32,000 nucleotides of DNA from Nitratidesulfovibrio vulgaris str. Hildenborough (GCF_000195755.1 NC_002937.3:1740001-1772000), one strand, 5' to 3'; shown: positions 24,867 through 32,000, counted from the stretch's first letter. Notes: a model not told the origin generated them from the letters alone. Program-made: numbers and translations.

Positions 24867-26098
24867 GCGTACGCCAGCCGCTTCCCGAACGCCTGCGCCC
24901 CACTGTGCTTGAAGGTTTCGTGGGGCAGACGCACCTCACGCAGCGCATCGAGGCGCTGTTGCGTGCCAACAGGTTGCCCAGTCTGCTGCTGTTCGGCCCG
25001 CCGGGGTGCGGCAAGTCGACACTCGCCCTGCTGCTGGCGAAGGCCCGAAGCGCCAATGTGCTTCGCCTCAGCGCCCCCGAGGCTGGACTTCAACACCTTC
25101 GCAAACAATTGCACGGCGTGGACATTCTTGTTCTTGATGAGCTGCACCGTTTTTCGAAGGCACAGCAGGACTTCTTTCTGCCTTTGCTCGAGTCGGGCGA
25201 CATCACCATGCTCGCCACCACGACCGAGAACCCATCCTTCAGTGTCACGCGGCAGCTTCTTTCCCGGCTGCACGTCCTGAGACTGCGCCCGCTTGGCAGG
25301 GCCGAACTTCTTGAGTTGGGACGCCGTGGGGCCGTGGCGCAAGAGGTACAGATTGAAGATGACGTGCTCGACCTTCTGGCCAGCATGTCGCACGGTGATG
25401 CCAGAACCATGCTCAATCTGCTTGAGTATGTGGCTGCACTTCCGGAAGACAAGCGCGACATCGAAGGTGTCCGCAGCGCCATGCCGGAAATCGTCAGCCG
25501 CCACGACAAGGATGGCGACAACCATTATGAGCTGGCATCGGCCCTCATCAAATCCATCCGTGGCAGCGACCCGGACGCCGCTCTCTACTACCTTGCCTGC
25601 CTGCTCGAAGGTGGCGAAGACCCGCGTTTCGTCTGCCGCAGGCTCATCCTCTCCGCTTCGGAGGACGTAGGCCTTGCCGACCCGCAGGCTCTTCCCCTTG
25701 CGGTGGCCTGTATGCAGGCAGTGGAGTATGTCGGCATGCCCGAAGGGTTCATTCCCATGGCGCAGACCACTGTGCATCTGGCCCTTGCCCGCAAGAGCAA
25801 CTCGACCTACGCCGCCTACATCAACGCAGCACGGGAACTGAAAACGCAAGGCCGTAAGGGTGTTCCGTTGCATCTGCGCAATCCTTCCACACGGCTGCAA
25901 AAGGAATGGGGCTATGGCAAAGGGTACAGGTATCCCCATAGCTACCCCGAAGGCTGGATAGAGCAGGAATATCTCCCAGAAGGGCTGGAGGACAGACGAT
26001 TCTACGCACCCCGCGAAAATGGCGAAGAGCCCAGACTCTCGGCATGGTGGCGCAAGCTTCAGCGGCAGCGCCCACCCCGCAGGGGTTCCGGAGAATGA
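24863..26098 (+). CDS. rarA: Replication-associated recombination protein A (RarA/MgsA AAA+ ATPase)
   Basis: 411 aa with LRP..L..FVGQ.HL, Walker A GPPGCGKSTLA, Walker B LVLDELHRFSKAQQD and ATTENPSF. ATGA overlap with the rsmE stop (24863-24866); GAGGAG lies upstream. Confidence 0.9.
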   Translation: MSVRQPLPERLRPTVLEGFVGQTHLTQRIEALLRANRLPSLLLFGPPGCGKSTLALLLAKARSANVLRLSAPEAGLQHLRKQLHGVDILVLDELHRFSKAQQDFFLPLLESGDITMLATTTENPSFSVTRQLLSRLHVLRLRPLGRAELLELGRRGAVAQEVQIEDDVLDLLASMSHGDARTMLNLLEYVAALPEDKRDIEGVRSAMPEIVSRHDKDGDNHYELASALIKSIRGSDPDAALYYLACLLEGGEDPRFVCRRLILSASEDVGLADPQALPLAVACMQAVEYVGMPEGFIPMAQTTVHLALARKSNSTYAAYINAARELKTQGRKGVPLHLRNPSTRLQKEWGYGKGYRYPHSYPEGWIEQEYLPEGLEDRRFYAPRENGEEPRLSAWWRKLQRQRPPRRGSGE

Positions 26099-26802
26099 CC
26101 CGCACGCCGCGCTATTCCGTCATCACCCCCAGCACTGGACGGCGCCCGAAAGCCTTGTCGTTTGCCATAGCAAGCGTCGAGAGGGCGTTCTGTCATGCAG
26201 GCCTTGACATGGGTGCGGTCGAAATGCTCGTGGGATTCGACGGAGTGAGGGGCGAAAGGGTATCGGCAGCCTCATTCATTCGCTGGTTCGATATCCCCGC
26301 TGACGGAGATTTCGGAAATGGCATACGCAACGCCCTTCTCAAGGCAGCCCGCGGCGAACGTCTTCTTTTCCTGGACGATGACAACGCCCTCACACCGGAA
26401 GCCTTCTCCCTATACGACGCCCACGCGGGTATCGAAATGGTCGTAGGGCGCATCGACACCTCCGCCTCCTTCGACATCCCTTTCCTGCCGCGTCCGGATG
26501 TACACCCCATCACTCCCGGCAATGTAGACCCCCTATGTCTTTGTGTGACACGTGAACTTGCCGTGACCCGTTGCGGTGGCTGGCAGGGAAGCCCGGTAAT
26601 GCCTCAGGCACATGAACGCCACTTCCGCTATGAATCTGATTTCCTCAATATCCACAAATATTGGCGCAGGGCCATGAGCACCCTGCTCATAGACGCATTT
26701 GTCGGCATCTACGATGCGGGTTGCGGGCTGGACCCGCAGGGCATGAATACGCGACAGACCAGACGCGCATTACGCGACAGAGACTCGACGGAGAAGTCAT
26801 GA
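26095..26802 (+). CDS. Glycosyltransferase family 2-like protein
   Basis: 235 aa. YSVITPSTGR at the N-terminus and the DxD-type motif LLFLDDDN suggest a GT-A fold. ATGA overlap with the rarA stop (26095-26098). Confidence 0.6.
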   Translation: MTRTPRYSVITPSTGRRPKALSFAIASVERAFCHAGLDMGAVEMLVGFDGVRGERVSAASFIRWFDIPADGDFGNGIRNALLKAARGERLLFLDDDNALTPEAFSLYDAHAGIEMVVGRIDTSASFDIPFLPRPDVHPITPGNVDPLCLCVTRELAVTRCGGWQGSPVMPQAHERHFRYESDFLNIHKYWRRAMSTLLIDAFVGIYDAGCGLDPQGMNTRQTRRALRDRDSTEKS

Positions 26803-27608
26803 ACGACATCACATCCACCACTGCTGTTTCCTATAGTTCGCCTGCAACACAGCCGGGGCTGTGGGCTCGCCTTTTTCCTTCGCTGGCATTCTACCCTTCC
26901 ATATTCGGCATTGTGGCTGACGCCGCACGCAAGGCGAAAGCCGGGAAGTACGACGGTGCTGAATGGGTCCATGACAGTCTGCGCGTGGTGCGCCTCTTCG
27001 AAAGGGTCGGGACACGATTCCGCATCGAAGGCATGGAACACTTCAAGAATCTACATGGGCCATGCGTGTTCGTGGGCAACCATATGAGCACGCTCGAGAC
27101 TTTCGTCCTGCCGTGCCTCATCCAGCCTGTGAAAGACGTCAACTTCGTGGTCAAGAAGAGTCTCGCCGACTACCCCGTGTTCAAGCATGTGCTTCACGCA
27201 CGCAACCCCATCATCGTATCGCGTGCCAACCCCCGTGAAGACCTCGCAGCGGTGCTTGAAGGTGGCGAAGAACGTTTGCGTGCGGGAACGTCAGTCATCG
27301 TATTTCCTCAGAGTACCCGTTCTGCAACGTTCGACGAGAAGCTGTTCAACACCATCGGCGTCAAGCTTGCGCGACGTGCGGGGGTCCCGGTCGTTCCTGT
27401 CGCACTCAAGACGGACGCATGGGGCTGTGGTGGTCTCATCAAGGATTTCGGGCCGATAGACCCGGCAAAAACCGTCCACTTCCGATTCGGTGAACCACTT
27501 AGTGTGACTGGTAACGGCAAGGATGAACACGCCAGAATATGTGCCTTCATTGCCAGCGCCATGAAAGAGTGGGAGACTGAACCCGCTGACAACGGGCTGA
27601 TTGAATAA
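26799..27608 (+). CDS. Lysophospholipid (1-acyl-sn-glycerol-3-phosphate) acyltransferase family protein
   Basis: 269 aa with an N-terminal hydrophobic segment. VGNHMSTLE is an HX4D-type block with Glu in place of Asp. Also FPQSTRS and VPVVPVAL. ATGA overlap with the upstream stop (26799-26802). Confidence 0.75.
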   Translation: MNDITSTTAVSYSSPATQPGLWARLFPSLAFYPSIFGIVADAARKAKAGKYDGAEWVHDSLRVVRLFERVGTRFRIEGMEHFKNLHGPCVFVGNHMSTLETFVLPCLIQPVKDVNFVVKKSLADYPVFKHVLHARNPIIVSRANPREDLAAVLEGGEERLRAGTSVIVFPQSTRSATFDEKLFNTIGVKLARRAGVPVVPVALKTDAWGCGGLIKDFGPIDPAKTVHFRFGEPLSVTGNGKDEHARICAFIASAMKEWETEPADNGLIE

Positions 27609-27658
27609 ACAATTTGCTTGCAAATTGGCTATCCACGCCATTTTCTCAAAAAGAGGGG

Positions 27659-27687
27659 TTGACGTGTCATTGGTTGAGACCTATATT
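27659..27687 (+). promoter_or_regulatory. Near-consensus sigma70 promoter with no protein-coding gene behind it
   Basis: TTGACG (27659-27664), exactly 17 nt of spacer, then TATATT (27682-27687). An A/T-rich stretch lies upstream. Confidence 0.6.
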
Positions 27688-27693
27688 GCTTGA

Positions 27694-27826
27694 GCAATCA
27701 GTCAACAAAGCTTTCCGGCGCATCCTAGCCGCAATATGGATTCGCCAGTGTTACGCCTCCACGCACTGCTTGCAACGGAACACTCCTCATAAGTGGCCCT
27801 CATCCCGGAGGGCCACTTGTCTTTTG
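27694..27826 (+). ncRNA. Candidate small RNA (about 130 nt), family unknown
   Basis: It is bounded by the promoter above and the terminator at 27791-27826. An internal hairpin pairs ggcgcatcc (27717-27725) with ggattcgcc (27738-27746). Two CU-rich anti-SD-like tracts are present (CCTCC 27756-27760, CTCCTC 27783-27788). The only internal ORF is 18 codons and has no SD. Confidence 0.5.
27791..27826 (+). terminator. Rho-independent terminator
   Basis: 11-bp perfect stem aagtggccctc (27791-27801) / gagggccactt (27808-27818) with loop atcccg, followed by GTCTTTTGT. Confidence 0.8.
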
Positions 27827-28169
27827 TGCCTCCCCCTTGCCGCGCCCCTACCGGAAACGCCCTGCTGCTCACCGACTGCATACCCAGCGGCGACGCCGCC
27901 ACGCTCTTCATCACGTTCCCACTGCATCGGCAGACAAAGCAGTATCCCCTCATGGCTCACGATTGCTCTAAAGAGTAACACTCTTTGGAAGAAAGGCGAG
28001 CAACCGCTCGTTTTCCCGATTGCCAGACTTTAATTGTTTGCACAGACGACATTGACGCATGCGAGGAATGTGGGCTACACAAGTCGAGGCGAATCAGGCC
28101 TAACATCTTGCCGTTGCGGGGTTTCGGCAAGGTGTTCTCTATGTTTCAATCACCAATCAGGGCACTGCT

Positions 28170-28745
28170 ATGAGCATGACAAAGAAGGAAGCCTTACTGC
28201 AGGCTGCGAAAGAATTGTTCGGCGAATACGGTTACGCGGACACGACCTTCAAGAAGATCTCAGAGCGGGCGGGGGTTGCCCTCGGGCTGCTTACCCACCA
28301 CTACGGCAACAAAGAGAAGCTCTTTCTTGCCGCCGGTCTTGACGTGCTCGACCGCTTTCTCGCCGGTCTTCGTGAAGCTACGGCCAAGGCAACCTCAGGT
28401 CACGACGCCGTTCTGGCCTTCTCCAAGGCATATCTCGACTTTTCCATCGACAGAACGAGCAACTGGCTTGTTCTCGTTCGCTGTTCCCCATACAGCGACA
28501 TGAAAACCAAGACCGACCGGGACATCATGTACGAAAAGTTCAACATGGTTCCCAAGGAACTTGAGCAACAGATCATTCGCGGCATCGCTGATGGCAGCAT
28601 CCGTGATGTGCCGCCTCATGAGACGGCACAGGTCATCATCTCGATGATGGTCGGCGTCAACCGTACGCGTCTACTTACGCCGTATGCACCTCCCCGGCTT
28701 TATGAAGAGGCCATAGAATTCATTTCGCGCAGCATCCGGGCCTGA
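28170..28745 (+). CDS. TetR/AcrR family transcriptional regulator
   Basis: 191 aa. The N-terminal HTH LLQAAKELFGEYGYADTTFKKISERAGVALGLLTHHYGNKEKLF is typical of TetR. The SD is weak, and ATG 28176 is an alternative start. Confidence 0.85.
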   Translation: MSMTKKEALLQAAKELFGEYGYADTTFKKISERAGVALGLLTHHYGNKEKLFLAAGLDVLDRFLAGLREATAKATSGHDAVLAFSKAYLDFSIDRTSNWLVLVRCSPYSDMKTKTDRDIMYEKFNMVPKELEQQIIRGIADGSIRDVPPHETAQVIISMMVGVNRTRLLTPYAPPRLYEEAIEFISRSIRA

Positions 28746-28813
28746 TTTGCCCCCTGCGCCCGCTACAAAGGTCACGACAAGCCTCTTCACTGAATGAAGG
28801 GGAACCATGAAAC

Positions 28814-28849
28814 AAAAGGCCCACCTCCAAACGGAGGCGGGCCTTTTAT
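28814..28849. terminator. Bidirectional rho-independent terminator
   Basis: Stem ggcccacctcc (28818-28828) / ggaggcgggcc (28833-28843), 10 of 11 bp paired, loop aaac. It is flanked by AAAA (28814-28817) and TTTT (28844-28847). Confidence 0.7.
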
Positions 28850-29044
28850 ACGGTTGACTTAGCAGACAACGTCAGGGCTGCGCCATGGACATGCGCCCCT
28901 GACACAGGCAGCGGCAGCTTATGTCTTCTGCCCTGCTTCAACGCGCGAAGGGCAGTCCTTGCCGTTGCCCAAGATTCGTGAAGATATCCCGCTCAATACC
29001 GCTAGGCGTGATGTAACTTCGGTACACTTCGCCAACTGGAAAAT

Positions 29045-29440
29045 TCAGCCTTTCACGACAAAATGAAGAGGCACGCTATGCAGACTGCGTGAATGTTCCT
29101 GAGTCTGCCCCAGCGTCCACTCGATGGCATCCGCACTTATCCCCAGAATGGATGCGATGTCGCCTGCGAGTCTTCCTATACCAATGACTGGGTGCCTCGC
29201 AAAGACTGGAGGCAAGCCATACGTGAGGTTGCACGCGAGGCACTTTCCGGGACGCTGGTGCAATTCAAAGGCGAAGGTCAACCTGTTCTTCTCTTGGGTG
29301 ACGAACACTAGGCGAATGTCGTAGGCGCCATCTTCGGCATCACCATACAGGGCTTCAAAAAAGGCATCGGCCCTTTCAGCCGGGAACAGGTCCGCGAGGA
29401 CGGTGCTACTGAACAATCGGGCGCAATCTGTCGTCTTCAT
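29045..29440 (-). CDS. Hypothetical protein (131 aa)
   Basis: GGGAG lies 6 nt before ATG 29440. Sequence begins MKTTDCARLFSSTVLADLFPAERADAFFEALYGDAEDGAYDIRLVFVTQEKNRLTFAFELHQRPGKCLACNLTYG... I recognise no family. Confidence 0.6.
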   Translation of the reverse strand: MKTTDCARLFSSTVLADLFPAERADAFFEALYGDAEDGAYDIRLVFVTQEKNRLTFAFELHQRPGKCLACNLTYGLPPVFARHPVIGIGRLAGDIASILGISADAIEWTLGQTQEHSRSLHSVPLHFVVKG

Positions 29441-29610
29441 GCTCTACTCCCTTAAGATAACAGGACACAGCTGCCCCTAGCATAGCGGTCATGCCCGTGC
29501 AAGAGGAGGTGTACCATGTTCCTGAATTTTCGTCAGGCTATCCGGTGATGCATATCCGGAGAAGAAAAACGTAAAAACTGCCTCTGCGCATCCCCCAGAA
29601 GATGTCACGT

Positions 29611-30615
29611 CTAGCGACTCGTGCCCTTCTTGAGCCTGTCGAGGATATCGGCGGGCGTGACGAGTGGCCGGGTAGGCAGGGTCGCCGTGGAAAGAAGCCC
29701 GACGCAGTCTTTCGGGGCACGCGGCACAAAATCCGGTATCATTCCCGCCAGCATCGCAAGATATCCGGTTATGTTCGCCGCAGGCACCCCCGCATTCCGC
29801 AACGCGCGAATCTCGAGTGATTGATGCCTTTTCGCAAGCCTCTCGCCTGTGGCGTCCAGCAGAAGGGGGACATGAAGGTAGGCTGGCGGCTGCGCACCCA
29901 ACAGGGAATACAGGGCAAGCTGGCGCGGAGTGCACGAAAGAAGGTCGGCACCGCGCACCACCTGTGTCACGCCCATGGCGATGTCATCGACAACGACGGC
30001 AAGCTGGTAGGCAAAAACGCCATCGGAACGGCGAAGCGCAAAATCGCCACCACAAGACTCCCCGCCCGCCTGTTGTGGGCCGAACAATCCGTCGTCGAAG
30101 GCAAAGACACCATCCGGCCACCGCAGACGCATGGCTGGCCTACGTCCTTCCTTCTCCTTGCGGCTGCACTCTTCGATGGTAAGGTTGCGACATGTACCCG
30201 GATACGGGGCCCCGAGGTCGCCGGGATGGGGAGCCCCGGCCAGCGTTCGCAACTCCTTGCGTGTGCAGTAGCAGGGGTACACTGCCCCAAGGGTGGCAAG
30301 AACATCAAGGACTCTCGCGTAGTCCTGTACACGGCGACTCTGCACGTAAGGACCGCATGGTCCCCCGATATCAGGCCCTTCGTCCCAATCAAGCCCGAGC
30401 CATCTCAAATCGGCCATGATGCCTTCTGCGTATTCGGGCCGTGCCCTGTCCGGGTCGATATCCTCCATGCGCAGGAGGACCTTCCCGCCCGCCTGACGGG
30501 CGGCCAGCCATGCGAGCATGAATGCCCAGGCATTGCCGAGATGGATGTTCCCCGTGGGACTCGGGGCAAGGCGCCCCCTGATCACGCCGTCACGAGACAA
30601 AACTGAAAGTGACAT
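29611..30615 (-). CDS. gluQ: Glutamyl-Q tRNA(Asp) synthetase (truncated GluRS paralogue)
   Basis: 334 aa starting at Met29 of the track ORF. It has an HIGH-like motif (RLAPSPTGNIHLGN), RMEDID, a Cys/Tyr cluster (YPCYCTRKEL...YPGTC) and a KMSKS-like motif (GERLAKRH). It lacks an anticodon-binding domain, as expected for GluQRS. Confidence 0.85.
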   Translation of the reverse strand: MSLSVLSRDGVIRGRLAPSPTGNIHLGNAWAFMLAWLAARQAGGKVLLRMEDIDPDRARPEYAEGIMADLRWLGLDWDEGPDIGGPCGPYVQSRRVQDYARVLDVLATLGAVYPCYCTRKELRTLAGAPHPGDLGAPYPGTCRNLTIEECSRKEKEGRRPAMRLRWPDGVFAFDDGLFGPQQAGGESCGGDFALRRSDGVFAYQLAVVVDDIAMGVTQVVRGADLLSCTPRQLALYSLLGAQPPAYLHVPLLLDATGERLAKRHQSLEIRALRNAGVPAANITGYLAMLAGMIPDFVPRAPKDCVGLLSTATLPTRPLVTPADILDRLKKGTSR

Positions 30616-30664
30616 GGCAAAGGGCAAACACCAACCACGGAAAATGTCAATCGAAGGCACAGAC

Positions 30665-30693
30665 TTGACACTGACAGAGGCTTGGAATAGAAG
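30665..30693 (+). promoter_or_regulatory. Candidate sigma70 promoter of tRNA-Arg
   Basis: TTGACA (30665-30670), 17-nt spacer, TAGAAG (30688-30693). The tRNA starts about 10 nt further on. Confidence 0.5.
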
Positions 30694-30703
30694 AATCACC
30701 CTC

Positions 30704-30780
30704 GCGCCTGTAGCTCAGTTGGATAGAGCGAGCGCCTCCTAAGCGCTAGGCCACAAGTTCGATTCTTGTCAGGCGCACCA
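30704..30780 (+). tRNA. tRNA-Arg (CCT)
   Basis: GCGCCTGTAGCTCAGTTGGATAGAGCGAGCGCCTCCTAAGCGCTAGGCCACAAGTTCGATTCTTGTCAGGCGCACCA. The acceptor stem is GCGCCTG/CAGGCGC, the anticodon loop is CTCCTAA (CCT), the T loop is TTCGATT, and CCA is encoded. Confidence 0.95.
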
Positions 30781-30786
30781 TAGAAA

Positions 30787-30826
30787 ACAACGGGTTACGC
30801 GAAATGCGCAGCCCGTTATTTTTTGT
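30787..30826. terminator. Bidirectional terminator shared by tRNA-Arg and the phage-like genes
   Basis: Stem aacggg (30789-30794) / cccgtt (30812-30817) with partial extension. ATTTTTTGTTG follows on the plus strand and GTTTTCT on the minus strand. Confidence 0.6.
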
Positions 30827-30878
30827 TGTGCTACCATTTTGCTACCACAACAGTTTTTCGCCTTCTCCTCCCCTTGGT

Positions 30879-31088
30879 CTATTCGGCGCAGTCCACACAC
30901 AGCCCCACACCCGGCAAAGCCTTTAGCCTCGCCTCGGGCAGGGGTTCCCCACACTCGGCGCAGCAGGGTACGCCGTCGATGATATCAGGTGATGGCCCAG
31001 ACCATGTTGCCCGTCCCGCCGCAGCGCTGATGGCGGCCTCACGGTCTTTGGCTTCGTAGTCCGAGGCTTGGTCGAAGATGTCTGCCAT
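30879..31088 (-). CDS. TraR/DksA-family C4 zinc-finger protein (phage-type)
   Basis: 69 aa: MADIFDQASDYEAKDREAAI...GVPCCAECGEPLPEARLKALPGVGLCVDCAE. It has the CxxC...CxxC pattern in the standard TraR layout. GGAGG lies 8 nt upstream of the ATG. Confidence 0.8.
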   Translation of the reverse strand: MADIFDQASDYEAKDREAAISAAAGRATWSGPSPDIIDGVPCCAECGEPLPEARLKALPGVGLCVDCAE

Positions 31089-31103
31089 ACCGCTGCCCTC
31101 CCC

Positions 31104-31613
31104 CTACACCGGATAGCTCACGACCACGGCATCCAGCACCTCGACGGTAGTCGCGGCTTCAACCATCGCTTCAAGCTCTGCCCTGCGCGTGGCCAGCTTC
31201 TGCCGGGCATATTCAAGCCCGGTGAGGTCGGTCGCAGCGAGCAACGCGGCCTCCACGGCCACCGTGGTGGGGGTGGGGTCGGAGATGGCGACCACTCCAG
31301 CAAGGGCCGCATCGTGCCCTGCCCGGATGGCAGCCAGCTTCGCAGCCTTGGCCTGTTCCAGCGTCAGGGGCGGGGGCGGTGCATCGGCAGCGGCACGGGC
31401 CGACTCCCACGCGGCGAGGGCTGGCACCACCAGTGCGTCGTACTCGGCTTGGGTCATCGGAGTGTTCGGCGTGCCGTCGCTGTGTTCCACCCATCCGGTG
31501 AGGCCGTCCCACTGGATGGCGTGTACGTGTCCCGGCAGGGTGAGGCTCACGTTGAGGCCCCGTCCGTCCACGATGACGAGGCTGTCGGCGGGAACGATGG
31601 TCACTCTAGGCAT
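31104..31613 (-). CDS. Phage-associated hypothetical protein (169 aa, Ala-rich)
   Basis: The ORF is tightly packed between neighbours. The N-terminus is MPRVTIVPADSLVIVDGRGLNV..IQWDG..GWVEH, and the C-terminal half is Ala-rich and helical. It possibly resembles short tail-fibre-associated (DUF4376-like) proteins, but I cannot confirm this. Confidence 0.6.
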   Translation of the reverse strand: MPRVTIVPADSLVIVDGRGLNVSLTLPGHVHAIQWDGLTGWVEHSDGTPNTPMTQAEYDALVVPALAAWESARAAADAPPPPLTLEQAKAAKLAAIRAGHDAALAGVVAISDPTPTTVAVEAALLAATDLTGLEYARQKLATRRAELEAMVEAATTVEVLDAVVVSYPV

Positions 31614-31974
31614 GGGGCCCTCCTATGGAGTTCTTGAACGCGCCAGCCTTCACGCTGGCGGCAATGTCGTCCTGCTCAATCTGCGCCTTTGTGCGTGACG
31701 CGAGTGCAACGATTGTTCCCAGCCGAGCCGCTGTTTCCTCTGTCGTGCGCACCATCTCATTGCGAAGAGACTCGGTAGCCGCCGCGCCCTGCCGCACCTG
31801 CTGTGCGTTCTCGATGAGCAGCACGGGCAGCCACGCCAGCGAGCATCCCCACTCGTCGATATCCGCCCCGGTCTGCGGGTGCGTGCCGCGCAACTGTGTG
31901 AACAGGGCGCAGTCAAGTTGTCTGCATTCAGCAAAGCCCGCGAAGGGGCACAGGTTCTTGCGTTGCATCTGCAT
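31606..31974 (-). CDS. Phage-associated hypothetical protein (122 aa)
   Basis: The N-terminal Cys cluster is CPFAGFAECRQLDCALF...WGC. An 8-nt overlap (ATGCCTAG) joins it to the downstream gene. Another minus-strand ORF appears to end at 31977-31979 just upstream. Confidence 0.55.
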   Translation of the reverse strand: MQMQRKNLCPFAGFAECRQLDCALFTQLRGTHPQTGADIDEWGCSLAWLPVLLIENAQQVRQGAAATESLRNEMVRTTEETAARLGTIVALASRTKAQIEQDDIAASVKAGAFKNSIGGPHA

Positions 31975-32000
31975 GGCTAGGCCTTTGTTGCGATGATGAT

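Larger units (their letters stand above)
30781..32000. mobile_element. End of a prophage or integrated element abutting the tRNA-Arg 3' end (continues beyond the window)
   Basis: Immediately after the tRNA come three compact minus-strand genes, one pair with an 8-nt overlap. They include a TraR/DksA C4 zinc-finger protein typical of phage genomes and two Ala-rich or Cys-containing proteins of no housekeeping family. No integrase lies in the window, so this would be the integrase-distal junction. Confidence 0.6.

Noticed and set aside
27736-27792. 18-codon ORF (MDSPVLRLHALLATEHSS) inside the sRNA candidate.
   Set aside because: It has no SD, and its stop lies in the terminator stem. I treated the transcript as non-coding, although a dual-function RNA cannot be excluded.
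29516-29548. 10-codon plus-strand mini-ORF (MFLNFRQAIR) preceded by a perfect GAGGAGG SD.
   Set aside because: It lies between two minus-strand genes, with no plus-strand promoter or downstream plus-strand gene that it could regulate. It is probably a chance SD-ATG combination. Ribosome profiling could revive it.
1-32000. CRISPR arrays, rRNA genes, IS elements or transposases, and known defence systems.
   Set aside because: I saw no regularly spaced direct repeats, no rRNA-like sequence, no transposase-like ORFs with terminal inverted repeats, and no ORFs with restriction, Cas, retron, CBASS or similar hallmarks.

Overview
GC-rich chromosomal segment whose gene content and order look like Desulfovibrio/Desulfovibrionaceae (taxon is inference). 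Most of it is tightly packed housekeeping genes: uppP, lptFG, engB, aroQ, efp, ftsK, lolA, rluB, a msbA-DUF374-lpxL lipid A cluster, secG-tRNA-Leu, tpiA, rimI, suhB, mreB, gcvT, rsmE, rarA and gluQ, plus three tRNAs. Many gene pairs are joined by 4-nt ATGA/GTGA overlaps.

Items beyond routine annotation:
1. A 28-bp dif-like XerC/XerD site at 14263-14290. KOPS-type GGGNAGGG motifs switch strand around it (5:0 on the left, 1:5 on the right), so the window probably spans the replication terminus.
2. A small accessory module directly beside dif: a CI/LexA-type S24 repressor and a 54-aa Cys4 zinc-ribbon ORF that is missing from the ORF track. An inverted exact 12-nt copy of the dif XerD arm lies between the two genes, so the pair of copies brackets the repressor gene. 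It may be a remnant of a Xer-dependent element.
3. An orphan consensus-like promoter plus strong terminator that define a candidate sRNA of about 130 nt (27694-27826).
4. A 578-aa protein with no family I can recognise, in an operon with gcvT.
5. A double-GAF protein translationally coupled to an mreB copy that lacks mreCD.
6. One end of a prophage abutting tRNA-Arg(CCT).

I saw no CRISPR array, rRNA gene, IS element or recognisable defence system. All coordinates and motif counts come from manual reading and need computational confirmation.
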